A stretch of 64,000 nt of DNA from Squalus acanthias (taxonomy: Eukaryota), in NCBI GenBank assembly GCA_030390025.1, contig CM059447.1:15810001-15874000 (forward strand), read 5' to 3'. Under the pieces are notes generated by a model. The model saw only the letters and a program-made list of their open reading frames with translations, ran no database searches and was not told the origin of the DNA. Below, piece after piece: positions 39,797 to 53,661 of this stretch. Numbering within the stretch: the stretch's first letter is position 1; every line of letters begins with the position of its first letter. The position numbers were made by a program, and so were the translations under genes.

Positions 39797-41118
39797 AACT
39801 CAGAGAACTTCAGGAAAAAAATGCTGGAATTAACAGCCCTTAACAGCAGTGTATAAGGAGCAACTCTAGCTCTCATCCCAGGTGTGCCTGAGATAAGAAC
39901 CAAGGTCTGTAGCATTTACACAACTGTTGACCTCCGCCCTTCTGCAGTTTGTTCATCCAGACCTGCAGGAAGGATCAGTGCACTGACATCCCTGTTGCCT
40001 GGCAGCATAGATCAAAAGTAAACTTTATTGTTACTCCTGGTATTTGTTTACATTCTCTGACATCAGTAAAATCCGTGACAGTAGAAGGGCCTGTTTCTGT
40101 GCTGTATGACTCTAAAATTGTGATCAACACAGGAAACAGACTTCAGGATGGAAAATTGGAGACAAAAACCCGGGAATCGATGAAGAAACAATTCGATGCT
40201 ATGATGGAGGAACTGTAGGGATTCCAGGATGGGTAAGCTAAGATGCGATTTGGAAATAAATACCTCCAACCTTTTGCGATTTGAATAGAGGATCTAATGG
40301 AAACAAACTAATGTCCTGAAAACCATACTGACATCATAAAATATAAAGAAAACACAAATTATATCAAATGTCTAAATCCTTATGTTAATTAGATCCTTAT
40401 TTCAGCTTGCTTTGTAAACCAGTAGCAGTTCAGAAAACACCAGCACACCAGTCCAACGCAGCTCAACTCTGCTCAACAGGAGTACGAATTCCACCTGACG
40501 TGTCCCAAAGCAATTCCAATTTGCCTCTGTTGTCAATTACATTTACATTGCATCTGCCTTTCTGGCAAACTGGCAACAGAAATGAGATAAGGCAGTCGTG
40601 GCCCCCCCCAAAAAAAAATCGGTTTGTGGTGCACATCTCCAACATTAGTGCTGACTCTAATGGCAACATAAATCCGAAGCAGCTTGCCACCATGTGCTTT
40701 AGCTGTTAGTGAGCTAAACAGCCCTCGAGTATTTTGCCAAAATGCTTCAGGTATATTCATTATGTTGATTATGTTGGATTGTAAGGAGTTTGAACTGACC
40801 GCTGTCCTAAACAGAAATCAGTATTTGAATGGATTTAGTCCGAATTTACTGAACTCTGTATTTGTGCTTTCATTTAAGTCTGGCTTCTGGTGGCTATATT
40901 CTAGAACTGCAAGTGCTGCTTGTTTACCGTAAACCTATTATAGCAGGAGAGAGTTCTTATTTTTCTTAATTTCCTTGTTAAATCTGATTAGAATATTCCA
41001 CAATTCTCGGCTAAGTGAAACAGCGTGACAGACCAGAATTTCACCTGATCTGGAGTACTTGGCATTGCCCTGAATGCACCATGGAAAAGGAGTTTTAAAA
41101 CAGTAAATAATACACTTA

Positions 41119-41286
<168 letters not shown>

Positions 41287-43430
41287 TCATCTCCAGATTT
41301 TCACCTTATGTTTTCATTGATGTGTCTCCCCATCATCCCCTTTTTCAGGTCATTTACCAACTACCAAGCATCCTCCAACCGGAAGGTGAGATTGACTGGG
41401 CCGTGACCTTTTCCATCACTGTATACGATGCTACACTGTGATTGACTAGGAAAAGGCATGATTCGGTAAGTTGAGATGAATTATGTCCATTTTTTTTCAC
41501 CGTGAGATGGAATACCTCATTATTTTTGCTGTGCTTTAGCTAGTTGCCGAGGAGAAAGCTGATGAAATTTTCCCAACTGAAGCAGGCAAGTTAAGAGTGA
41601 AAGATAGTCCTGGGACTCAACCATATGACATCAAGTCCTCAGCCACTTGGGATGCCTGGCATTAGGTACACTTTGACGGACATAAGTATAATATTTTTAA
41701 CGTGATCCTTTTTCCCCAGACTGCAATTCAAAACTCAAATCCACTCAAGATAATGTTCACAAATTTCGAGTGCGTTTTCTGCTTCAAGGGCAATCACTTC
41801 ATGAAATTTAGTTGGCAGGTGGAGACAAAGCCAGAGACTTTGAAGTCATGCAATGAGCCAGCAATTTTGCGCTAACATTATACCATAACAGATCTTCTAT
41901 ACTCAAATTACTACAAGGTAAGATGCATCTAACCCTATGAGTATGAAGGTCATTTGCAACTTTAGTATCAAACCCAAGATGCCTATCACGTAATATGAGG
42001 AAAAATGTATTTACTGTAATGCCGATTAATAAAGAGGTAATGAAGTGAAGAAAGGAATACAACACGGATGAACCTTATTCTCGGAGAGAACTTGCCAAAC
42101 AGTTACAACTGCACTGTCTCGGTTCACACGTAAAGAATGGCCACCTGGAAGAGGTATCAGAGGACGATTGGTGCCTATGGAACCGTAGCCCAGCAGGAGT
42201 CACTGGCTTTAGGAGAGAAAATTGGGAAACAATGCCGAGTGTATATATATTGTGATGCACGGGGCATCGCAGTTGTGTGGGACTGGCCAGTGGGTCTTTT
42301 CCTGTCCGTCACTGTCATATGTTCGTATGGTGCAAGTGTGTTTTCCGAAGTTTTCCCCTCCTCTACTGAATGGGTGTGCTGCTCAGTGTCCTCCATGAAA
42401 GTGTCCAGGTGCCTGACATTTTTTTCTTCATGAGCTGAAACAGTGAGTGACAGCAGGCTCCGGGCTCAGGCGTCCCAGTGGAGAACCTGATCCTGTTCGC
42501 ATCTGATGCTCACACGTATAATAGTGATCAAAAGTGGGAATCCTTGCTGACTTTCCCCTCCCGAACTCGGCGACACTGAGACCAATTGCAACAGCCCACT
42601 GCCACTTATCTGAAAGCAGCTAATTCAGCTCCGCCTTTGGATCTTCCTGCTCTGAGGAGCTCAGCATCATACACTTACTCCCTGAACTGGTGCATGCTTA
42701 AATGGAAAACTGAAATGTTTCATAAAAATTTGATAAAGTTCCATGTATGACAGCATTCCAATTAAGTACTTTTTCAACTAAGTCGTGTTGTAATATTTTT
42801 CATCTGCGGTCTTCGTTTTGTATAAAATTAGCAAGTATTTCTCACATGCAGATATCAGCTCATTTGATGTGGCTGCTTTGATAATTCCATCCAATACCTT
42901 TCAGCTATTTTTGCTTAAACTGCACTGCATCACGCCCTCTCATCATATTCTTGTCCCTTTATGTGAAGTTAATTCCCTTTTATGTGAAGAAGAATAAATT
43001 GTGGTTGTTGGATCAGAGCCTCAGCCATGTTGCTGTTGTACAGACTGTGCTGCATGTGGCCCCCGGTGCAAGCACACCTGCAATTGGCTAATCGCTGAAT
43101 GAGGTCATGCAGGAGCCGGCCGCACCGTCTGTTCAGATGCCCGCAATGAAAAGGGCAACGGAGCTGGGAGCAACAGTGAAGGAAATTGGGGGTGACTCGG
43201 TGGGGGGGCGGCGGGTTGGTGGAGAAAGTCAAGCGGAGAAAGATAAAAAGGTTGAATTAGCTACGGGGAAAGTACGCTTTAGCAGAACGAATCTGATCAG
43301 AACAGGATCTTATTCTTTCATACTACTGGCAAAACAAAACTGTGTCAAAACACTCAAAAGTGTAGCCAGCAGTTCCCTGGGAGCAATGTTCTATACTATC
43401 TGAACTGTACTTCTGATTCCAGCTATATCA

Positions 43431-43694
<264 letters not shown>

Positions 43695-44565
43695 TTATTA
43701 CTATATTGACGACATCCTACACTTACTTTTTTTCCGCTGGTGTAAAGATATCTACTTCACACTATGTAGGTGGATGCAAATGTCATAATAATCCACTGGC
43801 TTTCCTGTTTCTTCATTTTTTAATCCAAATTTAAAAACATCCTGCATGAAAGTCTTTCTTTTCTCACAAAGTTAACATGCAACCGATAAATAAAATACAG
43901 TAATATAGGTCCAGCCTAAATTCTATCTTGTACCCAATTGTTCACCTTGTCCCTGAAGCAAGTCAGAGATTGGTACTTCAATAAATTGTCCCTACGCATG
44001 CTATATGTAACCCAAATCAGCCAATTTACCATTGTTTTACATGTGTTTCTGGATCACATTATTGTGATTCGCAGCTGCTTTACGTGCATGCATGGGTGAG
44101 AAGAGGAAAGCCAACTCTTCAGTCCTGGCAAAATCGGGGCTGGCGCGCGCTGGCACCATTGGGCACCGCCTTGGTCCACTCTCTGATATTAGCCTCGTCC
44201 CTCAATTTGAACGGGCTCTTCGCACAGAATGATGTGCAAGTGGTCGGAGGCCCCATTTCCCAATGCACCCAGCACCTGTGTGGGTCTGTGCTGTACGTAG
44301 AGCCTTGGAAAATGTAGCCCATTTGGATTTGTTGGACTTGTTGCCTTCAGCAGTGGAATAACCTATGGTCTAGGCTCATGCAGGAAGACGGAGATGGGGG
44401 AGATTCCAGAGGCCTGCCGGTGCTGTGGAACCACACCGAGCAACGAGTTAGTTTCTTCCTTTTGTAGGGGGGGGGGGGGGGAGAGGGATAGTGTAACCCA
44501 ATGAAGCCGAGACCTAATAATGTCATGCTTTTCTTTTTTTAAACGAAATCCGCCAACAAGCTCAC

Positions 44566-44762
44566 CGTTTCCGCCTTTGGACTCCACGAGTACTTCCTCC
44601 GTAAATTCAGCACCCGCGGGATTCGAACTATATAGGATCTGCTTGAGCCTGTGTCATTATGGGGGTCACCCATTTCCATGGGTACTGCTTCTACCAATGA
44701 ACGGGCAGCTGCAATAGTTGCGAGGCTTTGGAGATCGTGAGTAAGAGCAGCCTCGTCCGCCC
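44566..44762 (-). CDS. BAHCC1: BAHCC1 coding exon, phase 1-0
   Basis: cttgtacacag acceptor, ACG|gtgagc donor. LQSLATIAAARSLVEA...PRVLNLRRKYSWSPK matches LQHLATLATAWSLVEA...RKDTWTPK. Confidence 0.88.
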
Positions 44763-45513
44763 CTGTGTACAAGAAACATTTTCATATTTCATTAGCACGG
44801 ATACATTATCTTGCAGACTATCTTTTGCAATGCAACCTCCAATTCTAGCTTCAGCTCGCTTCCTCTCGAAACGCCTAAAAAAAGGGCAGCAGTCACGGAT
44901 TTTCTAAGTGCCCACATGTTCACCATCAGTCTTTTTAACGGCCTAATTACTAAAAGCAGTTCCTTCGTAATTCCTTTTAACTTCTACAACTTATTCAATC
45001 GAGTCATTTCGGGAGTTTATTCTTTACTCCCTGCTATTGATTAGGGAACTGCAGGAAGCTGAATAAATCGTCAGAGCAACCCTTTTGGAAAACTACTGGG
45101 CAAGAAGATTAAAAGATTCAAAAGCAAAGAAAGTCTTTTACCTTTGAAAATGGAAGCGACGTTTATGGACGGAAAGACGTACAAACATAATGGCACGCTG
45201 CAGTATCAATATTCTGCACGGTGATAACTTTCCTATCAATCTAAAAATCAGGTCACAACTTCCTTATTTCTAGCCTACATCACAAACACTGTGCAATCCT
45301 TTTCATCTTCAGCATTCTCCAGCTAACTTAGTCCTTAGTCTCAACCTCACTCTTTCACCTGTTCCAAGTAGCTTGGCCACGCTCCACAAGCCTCTGGCAA
45401 CATGCAAAAACACTAAATACTGTATCACCTTTGGCATTTCTCTGCAATACAGTCTGCACCTGTCTTTTTCCAGAAACAGCATTATTATTTGTATTGCATT
45501 TTCCCTTGAAAAG

Positions 45514-45920
45514 GCAGGACTTGCATTAATATGGTGCCTTTCATGAGCTCAGGACATCCCCCCCCAAAAAAACCATGATGCAAAGTAGGCAAACTCGGCA
45601 GCCAATCGGCACACAGCACAGTCCCACAAGCAGCAGTGTGATAAGTGACCAGATCATTTCTTTTTACTGATGTTGGTTGAGGGATAAAATTTGGTCAGGA
45701 CTGCAGAACTCCCCTGCTCTTCCTTGAACCGTGCCCTGGGGTTTTTACATCCACCTGAGGGGGCAGAAAGGGCCTCGGTTTGACGTCTCATGCGAAAGAC
45801 AGCACCTCCAACAGAGCAGCACTGCACTAAAGTGTCAGCCTAGGTTACGTGCTCAAGTCCCTGGAGTAGCACGATGAACCCACAACCTTCTGACTCAGAA
45901 GTGAGAGTGCTACCATTGAT
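45514..45920 (-). mobile_element. tRNA-derived SINE (SacSINE1/DeuSINE-like)
   Basis: Homologous to 53233-53661 over most of its length. Confidence 0.8.
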
Positions 45921-46724
45921 ACTTTTTAGTCCGTCAAACCCTGTTGATGTGACAAACATTCCTCGAGCCAGACCGATAGAGCCAAGAAATGAAAGGACCA
46001 GTGTGACATACAGACAAGACCATCAATGTTAGTGCCTGAAATAAATGAATCTTCAGTATTCATATCAGACCTGAAGTGTAGACCCATTCCCTGGCAGGGC
46101 CGAGCACTGGCAGAAGGGGCAGAAATTTAAATGCAACTGCAGCTCTCTCAGATTTGCTGCTGCATATGGGTGGCAATCAGACGCCCAATTGCGTCACATA
46201 TCTTGGGGGTGGGGTGGTTTACCCAATAAAAGAGAATATTTTCGTCTGTATCCAGAAACCCCCCTGGCCAGACCACAGCACCATGTTTCATTGGGCACCA
46301 GTGAGCAGTCTCCTGGGAAAATGAGACGGGAAGTCGGGAACCTCTGGAGAACCTCAGGGCGAGCTAAAAAGGGGCAGAGACCTGGTGAAATGGAGATTCG
46401 TCGCTTTATCCTGACCTTTGTTCCCAGGAAAATGGATGCTCCATGGGGTGGGGGGGGGTGGGGAAGAGGGGCATAGTCATGAAAATCTAATGTCTACAGT
46501 AACTTTTTTGGATAAATATAGAAAAATGATTCCCTACCCAGTTACACCTTCAGATTGAAAAAAAAAACCAAGCTGCCTAGTACAGAACTGTTTTTTCCCT
46601 AATGGACTCCATCTTTGCTCAAGACAGTCACAGTCCCAAATAATAATGTAACAGTGTTTGTTTAATATCAAATGGTAGGAAGCACCTGGAGATATATGTA
46701 AGGAACACATGTTCATTACAGCTC

Positions 46725-46881
46725 GTCCACCTGAGAGAGCAGACGGGGCCTCGGTTTAACGTCTCATCCAAAAGACGGCACCTCTGACAGTGCAGCACTC
46801 CCTCAGCACTGCACTGGAGTGTCAGCCTAGATTATGTGTTCAAGTCTCTGGAGTGGAGACTGTGAACCCACAACCATCTGT

Positions 46882-46914
<33 letters not shown>

Positions 46915-46923
46915 GCTGACACA
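46725..46923 (-). mobile_element. tRNA-derived SINE, 5' half
   Basis: Head gtcagctgtggctcagtgggtagcactcttgcctctgag with A-box. Confidence 0.8.
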
Positions 46924-47558
46924 TGATACTAGACAGCCAGTGGTAGAAAATGCACAGAACCACAGAAGAATTTTTGATTTGCAGAACTCTCCGAAGAAAC
47001 TCACAAAGAGTAATCTTAGTCCAGTTTTCTTGTGGAAACTGAAGCTGTCCGCAAAGAGTTAAAATCAAATTTCAGGGAAGTGCTGGTGTAGATCTTCAAA
47101 AGGGTCATAGACTAAAATAAACAAATTATGTCAACTAATCTTAAACAAGACAACCGGCATGATGTCATAAAACATTGCAACACAATGCCTGTTCTCAGAT
47201 TTCCTGGACATCCTATAGGAATGACATCACCTTTTCCCCCAAAGAAGAAGCACTAATGGATTCAATATGTCCTAAGATACTTCAGGAACAGTCAATCATT
47301 TTGGCCAGAAATGATCAATTGAGCTGATAAAGGTTTTTATTGATTAAAAAAGTAATGAGACTATATGGATTCAATAATTTAATAGCCTGTGTACAAATGT
47401 GTGACGCGATTTATATTCTATAACCTGCAAGTGTGAGTAACAGAAAACTCGAGTGTGTTTGTCCGGGTGTTGTGTGTGTGGTGTGTGTGTGTGTGTGTGT
47501 GCGTGTTATTATCTATCGTAATAATCAATGCTTGTGATGGGCAAATATTATATGATCA

Positions 47559-47888
47559 CGTGTGTGCGTTGCTGGGCACATATTACGTGTGTGTGTGGCT
47601 GGGTACATATTACATGTGTGTGTGTGGCTGGTTACATATTACATGTGTGTGTGTGTGGCTGGTTACATATTACATGTGTGTGTGTGTGTGTGGCTGGTTA
47701 CATATTACATGTGTGTGTGTGGCTGGTTACATATTACATGTGTGTGTGTGGCTGGTTACATATTACGTGTGTGTGTTGCTGGGCACATATTATGTGTGTG
47801 TGTTGCTGGGCACATATTACGTGTGTGTGTTGCTGGGCATATATTATGTGTGTGTGTTGCTGGGCACATATTACTTGTGTGTACATAT
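47559..47888. repeat. Compound minisatellite, 11 units of (GT)n + gctgg(g/t)(c/t)acatatta
   Basis: Units counted by eye; a (GT)n microsatellite lies just upstream at ~47470-47503. Confidence 0.9.
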
Positions 47889-49507
47889 TGTCCCAGATTT
47901 TCCTGCAATGATGAGATCGGTGGCGTACACTGTAAATTTCGCCATCTAGTCTGCCAATCTCACCGTTGATGATAATTTACTCTATATTTTCCTGCATTTC
48001 TAATTGGAACATGCCGCAGCGAGCACAGCGACACACCAGAAGCGACGCAGCCAAAGGCCATTGAATGGCGACCGTGTTCACGGGCTGTGGGGGCTGCTTC
48101 AGTCACTTTCCTATCAGTTTCCAATGCGATCCTGAAGTAATTAAAGAGGGAGTGACAGCGTAGTGTGAACAATATGCTATAACTGAAAAACTGCAATAAA
48201 TAAACTGAACCTCCTAGCGGCTAAAAAATACAACTTTTTACCTTAATTTGTTTTTAATGTACCGGCACAAGGCATGACTCCAATAACTGCAAGCGATTTT
48301 AATTAATAGGCTACATGATCTCAATTTTAAATCCCACTGAATCTGAATAGGCTCTCTTCCTACATGTGTCACAGCCCCTTATTAAACTCATTACTGAGCA
48401 CATCAGCAACCTAAACGCTTGTCGGATAGCGCACACTCTTCAGTACAGCAGCTCTAATGTTGTGCCCAAAGAGTTCGCGATGTCTGTCTCTTTCATCAAC
48501 CCCACTGACCTAACTGTCCCCCACAGAGAGGCTCACCTGTAGGGTTGAGTGCTTTTTTGAGTGGGGTGGTGAGGGGGGCTGAACCTCATTTTTAGATGGA
48601 AAATCCCAGTCAGTTACATCCAGCTGCATCACCTATCTTTGAAATTAACCTACTGCACATCAATTTCAGGGGAAATAATTGGCGGGTGTTTGGCGGGGGG
48701 GGGGAGGACGTTATTTTCAGCCACTGACCGACACGTGGAGTTCAAAGTGTTGAATAACCCAGCCGCCTCTTTGTAATATTTTATTTTGCCCTGTCGGGAG
48801 TATAAGCACAAGGTGCTGTCCTTTCTAGAAGTCTGTATTCCTGACATAGAATTACATTCAGCCTAACTAGTCTATGCCGGTGTTTATGCTCCACCCGAGC
48901 CTTCTCCCACCCTTCTCCATCTAACCCGAAAGGAAAGAAGTGGAAAATGAGAAAAGGAAACTTTTTCTAATGAACGATGAGACAAGGATTGACGATCCAC
49001 ACTTGTTTATCTGTTCTGAGGAGATGTGGAAACCTGACTCTGAGGATGTTTGCTTTTGTTAAAAAATTATCGGGAAGTAGGTGCAATTAATTTTAGATGG
49101 CACTTTACACATTTTACTGTTAAGTGACACGATGTTTGCTAGTTATGATTTACTTTAAGCTGCAGTGTCCCTCTTCCAGTTTCCTGATAATTGTCAATTT
49201 TACTGCTGCCAGGTCCCCAGAGCAATTACTTTTCAGTCTAAGTGGCAGCGGCGTGAAAGCTGGCGCTAATCCAGGGAAATGGCGCTCGGCCTTTCTTTTA
49301 ATGGGGAGTGGAGCTATGATAATTAACTCCTCACTGTTTACGCCGAGGGTAATGGAGGAGCGGCCAAAAAAGTACCAGGAAAATATGGCATGGCGTAAGT
49401 CACTTATTCCGTAATTTCAAGGGTCCTCTGTCATTGGCTCGCCATTGGAATGGTGCCAATCCCCAGGAAAATCTCGGCCATTAAATGATATTCAGTGTAT
49501 GTATACA

Positions 49508-49889
49508 TAACAACAACAACAAGTTGTATTTATATAGCGCCTTTAACGTAGTAAAACATCCCAAGGCGCTGCACAGGAGTATTTTAAGACAAAAAAATTT
49601 GACACCGATCCACATAAGGATAAATTAGGGCAGGTGACCAAAAGCTTGGTCAAAGAGGTAGGTTTTAAGGAGCGTCTTAAAGGAGGAAAGAGAGGTAGAG
49701 AGGCAGACAGGTTTAGGCAGGGAATTCCAGATCTTAGGGCCTGGGCAACAGAAGGTACGGCCACCAAAGGCTGAGCGATTATAATCAGGGATCCTCAAGA
49801 GGGCAGAATTAGAGGAGCGCAGATATCTCGGGGGGGTTGTGGGGCTGAAGGAGATTACAGAGGTAGGGAGGGGCGAGGCCATGGAGGGA
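49508..49889 (-). mobile_element. L2-clade LINE 3' fragment
   Basis: YLRSSNSALLRIP...FGGRTFCCPGPKIWNSLP...SFKTLLKTYLFDQAF. Confidence 0.85.
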
Positions 49890-50949
49890 CATATATATTA
49901 TAAGATACTGTGTGTATAAGATACATTTGTGTGATTGGGTACACATTGTTTGATAATCTGTGTGTATAGGCATATTATATGATAGCTTTGGTGATTAATC
50001 TGCTGAGTAAGTATATATGATAATCTATATGTGAATGTGCATATAGCTTATATTTCCATCTATAACGAGAATCATATCTGGCAGTATAGTTATTGGATTT
50101 GTTTTTAACACAAATCTGGTTTTATATCATATGTAACAAAACCCATCATTATCAAATTAATGATAAAGAGCTGTCAGACTGCACAACAGTGTATGTTGTT
50201 AAATATACCAGACAGATAAATTCGAAAATGTTATGTTGCAAATATCTGTTGTTTGGAGAGTACTGGTATCAGAATTTCCAAAAGTGTTATCTTACATTTG
50301 TATATAATTGTTCTTAAAAAAAAAACTTTTAAAAAAAATAAACAAATCAAGACAAATGGCTGCTGAAGAGATTAATTTCAGTCTAAGCCCGTCCTGCTGT
50401 TGCACAATCCAACAGCAACGTTGACATCAAATAGCACTGAAAACTAGATTTACAGTTTTTCTTCTTGCTCCTTTGTATACAATGCACCATTCCGTGGCTA
50501 AGTGAGTGGGTTTGAGCGAGCTTTTACTCACTGGTTTCTAAGAGTTATGTGATATTGGTCTTGGGTGACTTTCCCTGGTGGTGAAGATGCAGGTGGTCTC
50601 CACTTGGAGCATCAAGTAATGGCCTTGCCAGAATTGGGGACTTGCTTTATAAGGAACAATGGGTGTAACTTTATGTTCCACCACTCCATGGCACCACATG
50701 TTAATCCCCGATGACCAGCCCGTTTACATTGTGGCCTGGATTTCTGAGCACTGGTGGCAACTGAAAAACAACGGTTGCATGTTTGAGATTTCAGGAACTG
50801 TCTGTAAAGACAAATCGCATTGATGGTTTGTGCACTCAGCATTCTGCCCATCTGCAGCCAGAGGAAGCTTGCAGGGCCACTTGGAGAATCTGTTTGCTGT
50901 CAGCAATACTGTGGCCTCCCAAGGAACCTCTGAAAACCACCTCCTGAAG

Positions 50950-51354
50950 GTCAGCCTTGGCTCAGTGGTAGCACTATTGCCTCTGAATCAGAAGATTGCA
51001 TGTTCAAGCCCTACTCCTAAGACTTAAGCACATCATTTAAGCTGACACTTCAGTGCAATACTGAGGGGGTGCTGCTTTCAGATGAGATGTTAAAACCAAA
51101 CCCCGCCTGCCCTCTCAGATGGATGTAAAAAATCCCTGGACATTGTTTGAAGCAGAACAAGGGAGGTGTTCTGGCCAACATTTACCCCTTAAACAACAGC
51201 ATTAAACCAGATTATTTGGTCATTTATCGCATTGCTGTTTGTGGGACTTGCCGTGTGCAAAATGTTTCCCTACATTACAACAGTGACTATACTGCAAAAC
51301 TTCTTCAATGGCGGGGAAGCACTTTGGGAAATACAGAGGTCATGAAAGGTGCTA
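50950..51354 (+). mobile_element. Near full-length tRNA-derived SINE (SacSINE1/DeuSINE-like)
   Basis: A-box tggctcagtgg, B-box gttcaagcc, conserved core, L2-like tail gaaaggtgcta. Confidence 0.8.
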
Positions 51355-52794
51355 GCACACCTCATTTATATTGAAATATTGCTACCAATGGCAGCCCTGA
51401 CTTCCGTTACAAATAACATAAGGGTGGAGGGGGGAGGGGTTAGGGACAGTGTAGCAATATTCTAAACCTCCTAAAATGCATCAAACCTAAAGGTGACATT
51501 TACATAGCACAAGTTTATGGGTAACCTGTAAGGCTTCTTTTAAATTGCTTTTCACCAATAGGTTCCCATAGCTAATGAACAAAAATGCGGGCCTTCAGCA
51601 GCCTATAGCAGATTAAGACATCTCCTGGCAATCGACTATATTTAAATAAAGGAGAGTAGTTTTAACAAAAAGTAAAACTGACAACAAAAGGCAACCTCAA
51701 TTTTTTTCCACTTTCTAATAAGATTTCAATCATGAAGATAGATTTGTGCAACCAGAGAAAGTTAATTGACCACATTAAACGTAAAAGACTGATAAACGCC
51801 TATCTGGGAGGGGGAAGTTTCCAAAGTTCAAAACATACCACACTCTACTCCCACTCTCAATCACTTCTTTTGACAAAACACTGTCCAGCTCCCCGTTGAA
51901 TCAGGCTACATTTATTTAACCTCCACTAACTAACCAGTCACCACTCATTCTGTAAAGTAGTTAAATCTAAACGATCTGCTCGTCTTCTCTTTTCTCAGCT
52001 TTACATCTTTCCAAACGAGGCTTTTATTTCTTGTTTTGCTCGTAAAGTGGTGATTTCACGGGAAAGTCGCTCCCTGTGTGAGACTGCCACACGAAAGCTG
52101 CAGGAAGTGATCAGAGAGGGCTTCTGCCATGCTGATGTGGGCAGGAGGAAGTGTTTGATTGTGCTGGGCCAACATCACAGCCGTTTGCCATTGTTTCCTC
52201 TCTGTGTTTTGAGACCAGAGTGAAATACAGGCCTTTGGGGAGATTTGTTTTACAAGACGAATTCTTTATCTTTTTGTAACACAAAGAGAGAGGGGCTTCA
52301 GGCGCTGAGGATTTTTTTTGGCAACAGTTTGAAGGTTTTGATATTCAGGAAATAAGTCATTGTTGCATTGTGCCCGTGTTTGTTCTATAAATACCAAAAA
52401 AGAAAAGATACACTAATTTGATCCCTTGCACCACATCCTTTTGTGAACTGTGCTGCAATAAAAAATGATTTTTTTTAAATGGTCTCTTTTTATATGAATA
52501 TATTCTCAAATTCCTCAGCCACAAAGTAGCTTCATTTTAAATGGATTATATTATTCCAGTTAAAATATATCTAGCATTTTAGTATTATTGGTGAATAGTA
52601 ATGACCAAATTGTTTTGAACAAGGATGAGGGAAACAATCAATTGTAGTAAAAAGCTTAGGCAGGTACTAAAACTAACCATGCACTCCATGTACTAGTTTA
52701 AAACCAGGGCATGCTTTTTAAATGGGTCTGGCAAGCAAAAGTATCTCATTATGAAATAGCTTTTATTCAGCAAACACTTCAGAATATGGTGAAT

Positions 52795-53162
52795 GGACTG
52801 ATATGATCTCAAAGTCCTCATCCTCATTTACAAATTCCCCATAAAAGCCCTTGCCCCACCCTGTCTCTGAAACCTCCCATTGGCCGACATCCCAGCTTGC
52901 AACCTTCTCGCCGCTGAATCTGGACAATTGTCCCTTCCCTTTGGTGGCACAGTCTTCAGTTTGGGCTTCTCTTCCTAAACCCCTCGGCGTTATGACATCT
53001 TTCCCCACTTTCAAAAAGGTCCTGAAAATGTACAATTTCAACCGTCTCCTTAAACTCTTCTTTTAACTCCTGGTCAGTGTCCATTTTCCCACCCCTCTTT
53101 GGGAAGCTCCATGGGAATTTTGATACATTAGAGGAGCTACACAAGTGCAAGTTATTGCTATT
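52795..53162 (+). mobile_element. Old L2-clade LINE 3' fragment
   Basis: Degenerate homolog of 9530-9890 (ctcatcctcatttacaaattcc...tgcaagttattg). Confidence 0.6.
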
Positions 53163-53232
53163 TGGCGATGTTGCTCTCACACATATGTTCCAACTCAAGA
53201 GTGCTTTTTAACTTCTATGCATTCATTTTATA

Positions 53233-53661
53233 AAAGAAAGAACTTGCATTTAGATAGGGCCTATCACAACCTCAGCACGACCCAAATGAAGCATTTTTGA
53301 GGTGTAGTAATGTAGCAAATGCAGCAGCCAATGTGTGTACAGTAAGGTTCCACAAATATCAATGAAATAAATGACCATATCATCTGTTGGTTGAGGAATA
53401 AATGTTGAGCAGGACACCAGGGGAACTCTCTTGCTTATCTTTCAGTAGTACCATGGGATCTTTTACGTTCACCTGAGAGGGCAGACAGGGCTTTGGTTTA
53501 ACATCTCACCTGTAAGATGGCACCTCAGACAGTGCAGCACTCCCTCTGTACTGCACTGAAGTGCCAGCCTAGATTATGTGCTCAAGTTTCTGGAATCGGG
53601 CTTGAACCTGTGACCTTCTGGCTCAGAGACGAGCGTGATACCACTGAACCAAGGCTGACAC
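53233..53661 (-). mobile_element. Full-length tRNA-derived SINE (SacSINE1/DeuSINE-like)
   Basis: Head gtcagccttggttcagtgg, B-box ggttcaagcc, tail aaatgcaagttctttc. Confidence 0.82.

Noticed and set aside
47455-47969. Cys/Val-rich ORFs and a CRISPR-like repeat periodicity
   Set aside because: The 'spacers' are only (GT)n. It is a eukaryotic minisatellite with no cas genes.
50950-51025. tRNA gene
   Set aside because: A and B boxes run straight into the SINE body; no intact cloverleaf.
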